Source: Candidatus Limnocylindrales bacterium (GTDB lineage Bacteria > Chloroflexota > Limnocylindria > Limnocylindrales > CSP1-4). Taken from it: a stretch of DNA of 64,000 nucleotides. The stretch spans positions 8,350 to 72,349 of the forward strand of contig JBPPMZ010000054.1 in the NCBI GenBank assembly GCA_051306295.1, in the 5' to 3' direction. The translations under genes were made by a program, and so were the position numbers. Shown here in pieces: positions 8,153 through 15,400 of the stretch; the first letter of the stretch is position 1, and the number at the start of each line of letters is the position of its first letter. The notes below the pieces were generated by a model. That model did not search any database and was not told the DNA's origin. It was given only the letters and a program-made list of their open reading frames with translations.

Positions 8153-9565
8153 TTAGTAGCTGAAGCCAAAGAGGCCGGGCGGCAGGTTGATCCCCATCAC
8201 CTCGAACTTCTCGACGAACTTGGGCCGGATCCCGGTCGCCTTGAGGCGACCCTGGATCTTGCCTTCGATGATTCCCGTCTGCTCGAAGACGAAGACGTCC
8301 TGCATGACGATGACATCACCCTCCATGCCCTGGACCTCGGTGATGTTCACGATCCGCCGGGTGCCGTCCTTGAGGCGGCTCTGCTGGACGATGAGATCCA
8401 CCGCGGACGCGACCTGCTCGCGGATGGCCCGCAGCGGCAGGTCCACGCCGGCCATGAGGACCATCGTCTCCAGGCGCGACAGCATGTCGCGCGGGGAGTT
8501 GGCGTGGCCGGTCGACATCGAGCCATCGTGGCCCGTGTTCATGGCCTGGAGCATGTCCAGCGCCTCACCGGACCGACACTCGCCGACGATGATGCGATCA
8601 GGCCGCATCCGCAGGGCGTTGCGCACGAGTTCGCGGATCGGGATGGCGCCCTTGCCCTCGATGTTCGGCGGGCGCGACTCCAGGGTCACGACGTGCTCCT
8701 GGCGGAGCTGCAGCTCGGCAGCGTCCTCGATGGTCACGATCCGCTCGTCGTTCGGGATGAAGGACGAGAGGACGTTCAGGGTGGTGGTCTTGCCCGAGCC
8801 CGTGCCGCCCGACACGAAGATGTTGAGGCGGGCCTCCACGCAGGCCTTCAGGAAGTCGAACATGTCCGGGGTGGCCGTGCCGAACCGGACCAGGTCGTCC
8901 GTCGTGAACGGCGAGGCGGAGAACTTCCGGATGGTGATGACCGGGCCCACCAGCGACAGCGGCGGGATGATCGCGTTGACGCGGGAGCCGTCGGTCAGTC
9001 GGGCGTCGACCATCGGCGACGACTCGTCCACGCGTCGGCCGATCGGGGCGATGATCCGATCGATGATGCGCATGACGTGGTCATCGTTCTGGAAGACGAC
9101 GTTCGTGAGCTCGAGCTTGCCGGATCGCTCGATGTAGACCTGGCGCGGGCCGTTGACCATCACCTCGGTGATGGACTCGTCGCGCAGGAGCGGCTCGAGC
9201 GGACCCAGGCCGATGATCTCATCGGTGATCTGCTCCAGCATCCGGACACGCTCGGCGCGGGTCAGGGCGAGGCCTTCCTCGTCGATGACCTTGCCGAAGA
9301 TCTCCTCGATCTGGCGTCGTACCTCGACCTGGTTTGACAGGTCGAGCTTTGGATCCAGGTCCTGGATGACCCGGCTCTGGATCCGGAACTTGACGTCTCG
9401 GAACGACTCGCGGACGGGCGCCTGCGTCGCGAGACGCGGCGTCGTCGGCATGGACGGCGGACCGCCAGCCGGTGCCGGGAGGTTGGGATTGTTGGGCGCT
9501 CCGCCGGCCGGCCCCTCAGGGGCACCACCAGGTCGAGCACTCTCGATCCGCTTCAACAGGGACAT
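8153..9565 (-). CDS. cpaF: Tad pilus secretion ATPase CpaF/TadA
   Basis: Walker A VSGGTGSGKTTTLN, Asp box, Walker B RIIVGECRSGEALDMLQAMNTGHDGSMSTGHANS. Typical CpaF family. Confidence 0.95.
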   Translation of the reverse strand: MSLLKRIESARPGGAPEGPAGGAPNNPNLPAPAGGPPSMPTTPRLATQAPVRESFRDVKFRIQSRVIQDLDPKLDLSNQVEVRRQIEEIFGKVIDEEGLALTRAERVRMLEQITDEIIGLGPLEPLLRDESITEVMVNGPRQVYIERSGKLELTNVVFQNDDHVMRIIDRIIAPIGRRVDESSPMVDARLTDGSRVNAIIPPLSLVGPVITIRKFSASPFTTDDLVRFGTATPDMFDFLKACVEARLNIFVSGGTGSGKTTTLNVLSSFIPNDERIVTIEDAAELQLRQEHVVTLESRPPNIEGKGAIPIRELVRNALRMRPDRIIVGECRSGEALDMLQAMNTGHDGSMSTGHANSPRDMLSRLETMVLMAGVDLPLRAIREQVASAVDLIVQQSRLKDGTRRIVNITEVQGMEGDVIVMQDVFVFEQTGIIEGKIQGRLKATGIRPKFVEKFEVMGINLPPGLFGFSY

Positions 9566-9621
9566 CGCCTACACCCCTTTTCGCCCCGAGGGGCCGACTT
9601 CAAACGCGTGGATCAGCGTGA

Positions 9622-10902
9622 TCAGCGCCATGCGAACAACGATTTCTTCTGCGGGGCTTTGCGCGTATCGGCGCCGGACGCGACGTGCGCCCGCTCGCCG
9701 GTGACCGCCTTGGCCAACCGCAGGATGTCCTGGGAGACCTGGGCCTCCCGATTGCTGAGGAAGAACGGGACGCCCCGATTGAGCGCGTATACGACGCTCC
9801 GCCCGTCGCTGACGATGGTGTCGTCCACTTTCCGACCGATCGAGTGCTCGACGTCCGCGACGCGGATGCCCAGCGCCGAGTCGGCGCGATTGAGGACGAG
9901 CCGGATCTTGCCGCCTTCATAGCCGAGCTGGTCCGCGACCTCCAGGAAGAGGCGAATGTTCTTGATGCTCGTGATCTCCAGGCTGAGCATGGTCAGGATC
10001 GTGTCGGCGCTGTCCAGGATGGCCAGCGTGGTGTCGTTGAAGAATGCGGTGCAGTCCACGACCACGAGATCGTGGGTCCGTCGGAGCGTGTCGATGATCC
10101 GTCGGATGCCCGACGGCGTGATGAGTTCGGCCATCTCCGGCGACGGCGGTGCAAGCAGCACCCGGATCCCCGCGGAGTGGTTGATGACGAAGGTATCGAT
10201 CGATTCGACGTCGTTGCCGGCCTGCTCGAGCTCCGGGACGAGATCGGCGATGGACTTGTTCTTCGGGTTGAGGTTGAGCAGGACGCCCACGTCGCCGAAC
10301 TGGAAGGACCCGTCCACCAGGACGACCTTCTTGCCCAGTTCCGTCGCGGCCGCGACGGCCAGGTTGACCGCGACGGTCGTCCGACCGACACCGCCCTTGG
10401 GTGAGAAGACCGCGACCACGATACCGGGCTCGCCCCCGTCGGTCCGGGCCGTCGACGCGGCGGCGCTGGCGGCCGCACTGGTGGCCGCCGATGTGGGCGC
10501 ACCGGCGATGAGCCCCTGCTTCTCCTTCTCCCGGCTGTAGACCTGGCGGATGGAGGCGGTCAGTTCGTCGCTGCTGAACGGCTTGACGAGGAACTCTCGG
10601 GCCCCGGCGAGCATGGAGCGGCGGAGGTAGTCCGCCTCACCCTGGACGGACATCATCACGACCGAGGCCGTGGGGACCGCGCGGGCGAGCTGTTCTGTCG
10701 CGGCGATCCCGTCCATGTCCGGCATGTTGATGTCCATCAGGACGACATCCGGGGTGAGCGAGGTCGCCAGCGAGATCGCCTCAGCGCCGGACGCCGCGGA
10801 ACCGACCACGTCGATATCGCCCTCGAAGCCGAGCAGCTTCGTGAGGTGATCGCGGGTCTCCGGGATGTCATCGACGATGAGGACGCGGATCGTGTCGGCC
10901 AT
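9622..10902 (-). CDS. cpaE: response-regulator receiver domain fused to CpaE/TadZ-like ParA/MinD ATPase
   Basis: N-terminus RVLIVDDIPE...VVLMDINMPDMDG...MMSVQ...LVKPF is a complete REC signature. Ala/Ser linker, then deviant Walker A FSPKGGVGRTTVAVNLA. Confidence 0.85.
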   Translation of the reverse strand: MADTIRVLIVDDIPETRDHLTKLLGFEGDIDVVGSAASGAEAISLATSLTPDVVLMDINMPDMDGIAATEQLARAVPTASVVMMSVQGEADYLRRSMLAGAREFLVKPFSSDELTASIRQVYSREKEKQGLIAGAPTSAATSAAASAAASTARTDGGEPGIVVAVFSPKGGVGRTTVAVNLAVAAATELGKKVVLVDGSFQFGDVGVLLNLNPKNKSIADLVPELEQAGNDVESIDTFVINHSAGIRVLLAPPSPEMAELITPSGIRRIIDTLRRTHDLVVVDCTAFFNDTTLAILDSADTILTMLSLEITSIKNIRLFLEVADQLGYEGGKIRLVLNRADSALGIRVADVEHSIGRKVDDTIVSDGRSVVYALNRGVPFFLSNREAQVSQDILRLAKAVTGERAHVASGADTRKAPQKKSLFAWR

Positions 10903-11054
10903 CAGTGGTTCGGGCTCTCGTTACTCAGTGGTTGGTGATGCGAGGTCGGTGCAAAAGGATCCGGTGATGCCGACGGGCGCGGGACCCGGAGGTCCGTCGC
11001 GCCCGTCGCACCGCTGGTCACGGTCGCCGGCGGGGAGTGCCGGTCGTCAGTGGG

Positions 11055-12017
11055 TTACGGGGTGGGCTGGGCCGGCAGGACGGTCTCGACGAGTTCCGGC
11101 GGCAGCACGCCGTAGGTGTCGACGAGGGTCTTGAGGATCAGGCCGGTGGTCACGTCCGGGACGGGGACGATGGGCTCGCCCGTGACCTCGTCCAGGAAGT
11201 CGTCCGGCGAGCGCAGGACGAGAGAGATGTTGCCGTCCAGCTGGGCGAACTTGATGATCTCCGCCTGCTGGGCGGTGACCGCCAGGGCGACGATCTGCTG
11301 CTGGCCATTGAGGGCCGTGCCGCTCTCGCCAGCTGGCGGCGCGTTGGGATCCTCGGCCGTGGTATTGCTCGCGGGCGGGGGCGGCAGCAGCGTGCCCAGG
11401 ACCTGCATGCCCTGGAGGAGCGCCTTGACGCTCGTGCTGTTGAGGCCGCTCACGACCGTGAACGTGTCGTCCTGGGCGTTAAGGGTGATGACCGGGAACT
11501 TGTCGCCGGTGAAGCCCACGACCATGTCCACGAAGTCGCCGGTCTTGATGACCGTGCCCACGCCCGTGACCTGGTCCACCTGGACCGTGATCGCGCGCAG
11601 GGTCGGCGGGACGTCGATGTCCAGGATCTGGCCAGGGGCAGCGCCGGTCAGGGTGGCGGCCGTGATGGCGGCACCGGTCGCGACGTTCTCGCGAACGATC
11701 TTGCCGATCACCTGCGAGCTGTCGCCGAAGGCGTCCGCGTCCCGGCCACTGATCGGCTTGACGACGACTTCGACCTGGTCGGCCTTGATCCGGCTCCCGA
11801 GCGGGATATCGGCCTTGGCGATGACGGTCGGCAGTTCGGTGATGACCTCCGGTTCGCCGGAGTTGCCGCCAGACCCTTGCGAGATCAACAGGATCCCGAT
11901 GAAGGCCACGATGGCGAGGAAGACCCCGACGAGCAGGACCAGCCGATTAGAGCGCTTCAAGATGTATCTCCCCGAAGGCGATGGTGTGACAGGTGGCACC
12001 ACTGTAGCACCGGCCAA
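11055..12017 (-). CDS. cpaB: Flp pilus assembly protein CpaB/RcpC (TM + SAF domain)
   Basis: N-terminal TM LVLLVGVFLAIVAFIGILLI, SAF-like VIAKADIPLGSRIKADQVEVV...ENVATGAAITAATL. Positioned between the flp genes and cpaE. Confidence 0.8.
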   Translation of the reverse strand: MAGATVVPPVTPSPSGRYILKRSNRLVLLVGVFLAIVAFIGILLISQGSGGNSGEPEVITELPTVIAKADIPLGSRIKADQVEVVVKPISGRDADAFGDSSQVIGKIVRENVATGAAITAATLTGAAPGQILDIDVPPTLRAITVQVDQVTGVGTVIKTGDFVDMVVGFTGDKFPVITLNAQDDTFTVVSGLNSTSVKALLQGMQVLGTLLPPPPASNTTAEDPNAPPAGESGTALNGQQQIVALAVTAQQAEIIKFAQLDGNISLVLRSPDDFLDEVTGEPIVPVPDVTTGLILKTLVDTYGVLPPELVETVLPAQPTP

Positions 12018-12106
12018 AAGCCGCGCGACTATACCAAAGGCCTAGGACCCTCTAGTAGGAAACGGCAGGAATCCGTGCGTGACGCAAGGTTGCATGCAAG
12101 GTTGGT

Positions 12107-12163
12107 GACCGGCTGTCGCGTAGCGGACAGCCCGGTCCTGTGGCGGGTACGCAACGACCCGCC
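12107..12163 (-). terminator. two GC-rich hairpins between flp1 and cpaB (possible attenuator)
   Basis: GACCGGCTGTC-N8-GACAGCCCGGTC (12107-12137) and GGCGGGT-N8-ACCCGCC (12142-12163). No clear U-tract. Confidence 0.35.
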
Positions 12164-12224
12164 GGACGGATGTCCGACGGGTCGGTGATGAGTGCGAAGG
12201 ATGTCGATTGCGTCGACTATCGCG

Positions 12225-12398
12225 TTAGATCGCGTTTCCGACGACGCTGAGCTTGTCGCTGATCTGTGAGCCAAGGAAGATCAGGGCGACGATGGCGACG
12301 ATAGCGATGAGTGCCAGGATGAGTGCATATTCGGCGAGACCCTGCCCGTCGTCGTGGTGACGAACGATGCGCAAGAGGGCCTCGAGTCGGCTGGACAT
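12225..12398 (-). CDS. flp: Flp family type IVb pilin (57 aa)
   Basis: Too short for the ORF track; own translation: MSSRLEALLRIVRHHDDGQGLAEYALILALIAIVAIVALIFLGSQISDKLSVVGNAI. G/LAEY Flp motif and AAGGAGG RBS 7 nt upstream. Confidence 0.85.
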   Translation of the reverse strand: MSSRLEALLRIVRHHDDGQGLAEYALILALIAIVAIVALIFLGSQISDKLSVVGNAI

Positions 12399-12431
12399 GG
12401 TCGATACCTCCTTTCTTTCAGGATCGCGTTC

Positions 12432-12459
12432 ACGGTACGAGGTATGCCGGCTCCGTCAA
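12432..12459 (-). promoter_or_regulatory. putative sigma70-type promoter of flp1
   Basis: Minus strand TTGACG-N16-TACCGT. The same TACCGT -10 recurs upstream of flp2. Confidence 0.4.
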
Positions 12460-12497
12460 TAGGAAGGTCAGCGGGCCGACATGCGCCAGAGATACGG

Positions 12498-12532
12498 CAG
12501 GACCGTCGTGCCTTGCGGCCACGACGGTCCTG
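12498..12532 (-). terminator. 13-bp-stem hairpin downstream of flp2
   Basis: CAGGACCGTCGTG-N9-CACGACGGTCCTG, a perfect stem. No U-tract (I-shaped). Confidence 0.5.
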
Positions 12533-12554
12533 GACCAGTTCGTTGGAAGCTCGG

Positions 12555-12728
12555 TTAGATCGAGCTGCCGACCGTGCTGAGGATCTTGCTGACCTGGCCG
12601 CCCAGGAAGATGAGAGCGACGATCGCGATGATGGCGATGAGCGCGAGGATCAGCGCGTACTCCGCGAGACCCTGGCCTTCCTCGTCGCGATTGATGAGTT
12701 CCATGACCCGAAGATAGATGGACGTCAT
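12555..12728 (-). CDS. flp: Flp family type IVb pilin (57 aa)
   Basis: Own translation: MTSIYLRVMELINRDEEGQGLAEYALILALIAIIAIVALIFLGGQVSKILSTVGSSI. AAGGAGG RBS. Confidence 0.85.
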   Translation of the reverse strand: MTSIYLRVMELINRDEEGQGLAEYALILALIAIIAIVALIFLGGQVSKILSTVGSSI

Positions 12729-12782
12729 TGTGATGGGGTTCCTCCTTTCTCAGAATCTCCCCGCACTGGCGGAGGCCGCGTC

Positions 12783-12811
12783 ACGGTACGTACCAGCCCC
12801 GTGCCTGTCAA
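12783..12811 (-). promoter_or_regulatory. putative sigma70-type promoter of flp2
   Basis: Minus strand TTGACA-N17-TACCGT. Confidence 0.4.
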
Positions 12812-12954
12812 GCAGGTCGGATGACCTATCGCGTGCATCCGACTGATGTTTCGGTGCGTCCGCAAGACGACGACCGGCGGTCCGGAGCACAGCAGTCCGG
12901 TCGCCGACAGACTTGTGTAGTCGGGAGAGAGTTGGCTGTTTCGCAGGAATCCAA

Positions 12955-12982
12955 GACCGCCGGCCCAGATGGACCGGCGGTC
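12955..12982 (-). terminator. 9-bp-stem hairpin downstream of flp3
   Basis: GACCGCCGG-N10-CCGGCGGTC. Confidence 0.45.
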
Positions 12983-13005
12983 TATCGATGTCGGTGCGAC
13001 GGTGA

Positions 13006-13188
13006 CTAGATCGAGCTGCCGACCGTGCTGAGGATCTTGCTGACCTGGCCGCCCAGGAAGATGAGGGCGACGATCGCGATGATGGCGATGAGCGCGAGGA
13101 TCAGCGCGTACTCCGCGAGACCCTGGCCTTCCTCGTCGCGATTGAACTTCTCGACGACGCGGAGATAGAGATCGGTGAACAGCGCCAT
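13006..13188 (-). CDS. flp: Flp family type IVb pilin
   Basis: ORF 13006..13215; likely start MALFTDLYLRVVEKFNRDEEGQGLAEYALILAL... The mature part is identical to flp2. Confidence 0.85.
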   Translation of the reverse strand: MALFTDLYLRVVEKFNRDEEGQGLAEYALILALIAIIAIVALIFLGGQVSKILSTVGSSI

Positions 13189-13296
13189 GTGGCGGCCTCC
13201 TGGATGAGTACTCACCCTCAGATGAGGGCCGCCTCAATATAGGCGCGAGTCGCGGAGATGGAACTGAGACGATGGTACTGGGTTCGGGTCCGGCGG

Positions 13297-13443
13297 TCAG
13301 CCGCCGGTGGCCTGGTCGATGGCCTGGGCGATGGCCGCCAGCGCGTCCGAGACGGCGCCGCCGAAGACGACCAACCAGACGACCGTGAGCAGGCTTGTGA
13401 GGGCCAAGATCAGGCCGTACTCGACGAGCCCTTGTCCGCGCAT
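13297..13443 (-). CDS. divergent Flp-like pilin with very short leader
   Basis: Internal Met 45 of ORF 13297..13575: MRGQGLVEYGLILALTSLLTVVWLVVFGGAVSDALAAIAQAIDQATGG. GAAGGGG RBS. Starts 11 nt after the HK stop. Confidence 0.6.
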   Translation of the reverse strand: MRGQGLVEYGLILALTSLLTVVWLVVFGGAVSDALAAIAQAIDQATGG

Positions 13444-13454
13444 GGCCGACCCCT

Positions 13455-14657
13455 TCAGCCGGTGACGGGTCCAGGGATGACCGGGATGTCCGCCAACAGG
13501 CGTAGTTCGCCGCCGTCGGCCAAGAGTTCGGCGACGACCCCGATCGATGCCGCCCGGCCCTGGATCTCGCGCCAAGACGTGGGCGGCAGCACGACGATCG
13601 AGTCGCGCAGGGCGGCCTCGACCGCGTCTCGCTCGTCGGAGCGGCGGTCCTCCATCATCGCGGCCAGGGCAGGAGGCAGATCTTTGCCGTCGTGGGCGGC
13701 CGGTGCCAGGGTCGTATCCGCGGCGGGTGGCCGCTCGACGACCGCACGCGTCGCCGTGATCCGGGCCTCGAGTTGCTCCGCCCAGTCAAGGCGCAGGGTG
13801 ATCCGATCCGGGTTGGTCGTCAGGTACGCTGCCAGGGCTTCGTCGAGCATCCGGAACAGGCCGCTCTCCAGGTCCATCGACAAGCGCCGATCCTGACCAA
13901 GGGAGTCGAATTCGACCGGGATGCCCGCACGCCGCCCGCGCTCGCGGGTGGCTCGGCGCAGCGTCGGCACCAATCCCAGATCGTCAAGGACCATCGGACG
14001 GACATCGAAGATGAACGACTTCGTGGCATCCAGGGTCTGCTGGACCATCGCCGTCAGTTGGCGCACCTCACCGGCGGCCGCCGACGGATCGCGCTCGACC
14101 AAGCGCTCCAGGATCTGGGCCTGGAGCACGATGTTGGTCAGACTCTGCGCCGGGCCGTCATGCATCGCCCGGGCGATCTCGCGGCGGAGGTCCTCCTGGG
14201 CACCCAGCACCAGCCGGGAGACGGCGGGTGGCATCGGGGCGTCACCGGCGCCCAGGGACGGCACGATCACCAGCGGGATCGCCGCGATGGCGTTCGGGTC
14301 CAGGGCATTGGCCGCCTCCAGGTAGGAGACGATCGCGTCCCGGTAGCGGCCCAGGGCCCGTCGCTTGCCCTCCAGCACGTCGACCTGCGAATCCATCAGG
14401 GCGGCGCGTTTGGTCAGCATGATCAGGCTGGTGGCCAGTTCAAGGCGGTCCTTGGGGTCGCCGTCGGTCGGGAGCGCGGCGAGCTTGTCGGACGCCGAGG
14501 TGCGGCGTGTGGCGTGCCGCGTGGCCTCGGCCCGTGCCTGGGTGATGAGCAGGTCCACCTCGGCAAGCTCTGCGTCGAGCGCGACGAGGTCATTCCCCAG
14601 CCGGGTGGTGAACCCGGCGAGGTCGGCGGCCGGTGTGGCGGCCCCGTCCGACATCAA
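13455..14657 (-). CDS. cytoplasmic DegS-like histidine kinase (HisKA_3) with apparently degenerate ATPase domain
   Basis: Coiled-coil N-terminus and H-box EIARAMHDGPAQSL. The C-terminal region lacks a clear N-box Asn (DEALAAYL) and a DxGxG box. Confidence 0.75.
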   Translation of the reverse strand: MMSDGAATPAADLAGFTTRLGNDLVALDAELAEVDLLITQARAEATRHATRRTSASDKLAALPTDGDPKDRLELATSLIMLTKRAALMDSQVDVLEGKRRALGRYRDAIVSYLEAANALDPNAIAAIPLVIVPSLGAGDAPMPPAVSRLVLGAQEDLRREIARAMHDGPAQSLTNIVLQAQILERLVERDPSAAAGEVRQLTAMVQQTLDATKSFIFDVRPMVLDDLGLVPTLRRATRERGRRAGIPVEFDSLGQDRRLSMDLESGLFRMLDEALAAYLTTNPDRITLRLDWAEQLEARITATRAVVERPPAADTTLAPAAHDGKDLPPALAAMMEDRRSDERDAVEAALRDSIVVLPPTSWREIQGRAASIGVVAELLADGGELRLLADIPVIPGPVTG

Positions 14658-15400
14658 TCCTCGGGCATCCGGATCCAGCCCTGGCGCATCGCGTACACCA
14701 CGGCCTGGGTCCGGTCGTTGACCGACAGCTTGCGCAGGATGGAGCTCATGTGGTTCTTGACGGTCTGCTCGCTGATCGACAGCGCGTAGGCGACCTGCTT
14801 GTTGGTCATGCCCTGGGCGATGTTGTCCAGGATCTCGACCTCGCGCGGCGACAGCGGGGCGAAGATCGGGGCGGCCTCCTGGCCGTAGACGGCCAGCTCA
14901 CGGAACTCCTTGAGGACGCGCGATGCGACCGCGGGCTTGGCGAAGACCTTGTCGTTGATGAGGAACTCGCCGACGGCGACGCGCCGGATGATGGTCACCA
15001 GGTCGTCCGGGCCGACATCCTTGAGGATGAAGGCGGCCGCACCGGCCTTGATGGCGTCGAACAGCGCGTCTTCGTCCTCGCTCTGGGCGAGCACGATGAT
15101 CCCGGTCGAGGGCAGCTCGCGCTTGATCCGCTGGGTCGTCTCGATGCCGCCCGGCGCGGGCAGGGAGAGATCCATGAGGACGATGTCCGGCGAGGTATCA
15201 ATGGCTCGCTCCAGCGCGCTCCGAGAATCATCGGCCTCGCCGACGACCTCGAAGTCCGGTTCGCGGACCAGGATCCCAGCGACACCCGCCCGAAAGAGGG
15301 CGTGATCGTCAACGATCAGGATGCGGGTGCTGTCCCCGGGACTCCGTCGATCGGGACCGCCCCGTCGACGATCGGATCCGCCGTACTCCATCGCGCTCAT
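14654..15400 (-). CDS. LuxR/NarL-family response regulator
   Basis: RILIVDDHALFRAG... REC domain plus C-terminal LSPREVEILDNIAQGMTNKQVAYALSISEQTVKNHMSSILRKL HTH. ATGA-type overlaps on both sides. Confidence 0.9.
   Translation of the reverse strand: MSAMEYGGSDRRRGGPDRRSPGDSTRILIVDDHALFRAGVAGILVREPDFEVVGEADDSRSALERAIDTSPDIVLMDLSLPAPGGIETTQRIKRELPSTGIIVLAQSEDEDALFDAIKAGAAAFILKDVGPDDLVTIIRRVAVGEFLINDKVFAKPAVASRVLKEFRELAVYGQEAAPIFAPLSPREVEILDNIAQGMTNKQVAYALSISEQTVKNHMSSILRKLSVNDRTQAVVYAMRQGWIRMPED

Noticed and set aside
10903-11054. A 40-codon minus-strand ORF (VTSGATGATDLRVPRPSASPDPFAPTSHHQPLSNESPNH) whose TGA overlaps the REC-cpaE ATG, considered as a possible missing minor pilin
   Set aside because: It has no hydrophobic segment, no Flp or TadE motif and no RBS. 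It is probably intergenic sequence between cpaB and cpaE.
12029-12274. 81-aa ORF overlapping the flp1 3' end and the flp1-cpaB spacer
   Set aside because: The Arg/Ser-rich translation overlaps a well-supported pilin gene out of frame and spans the hairpins.
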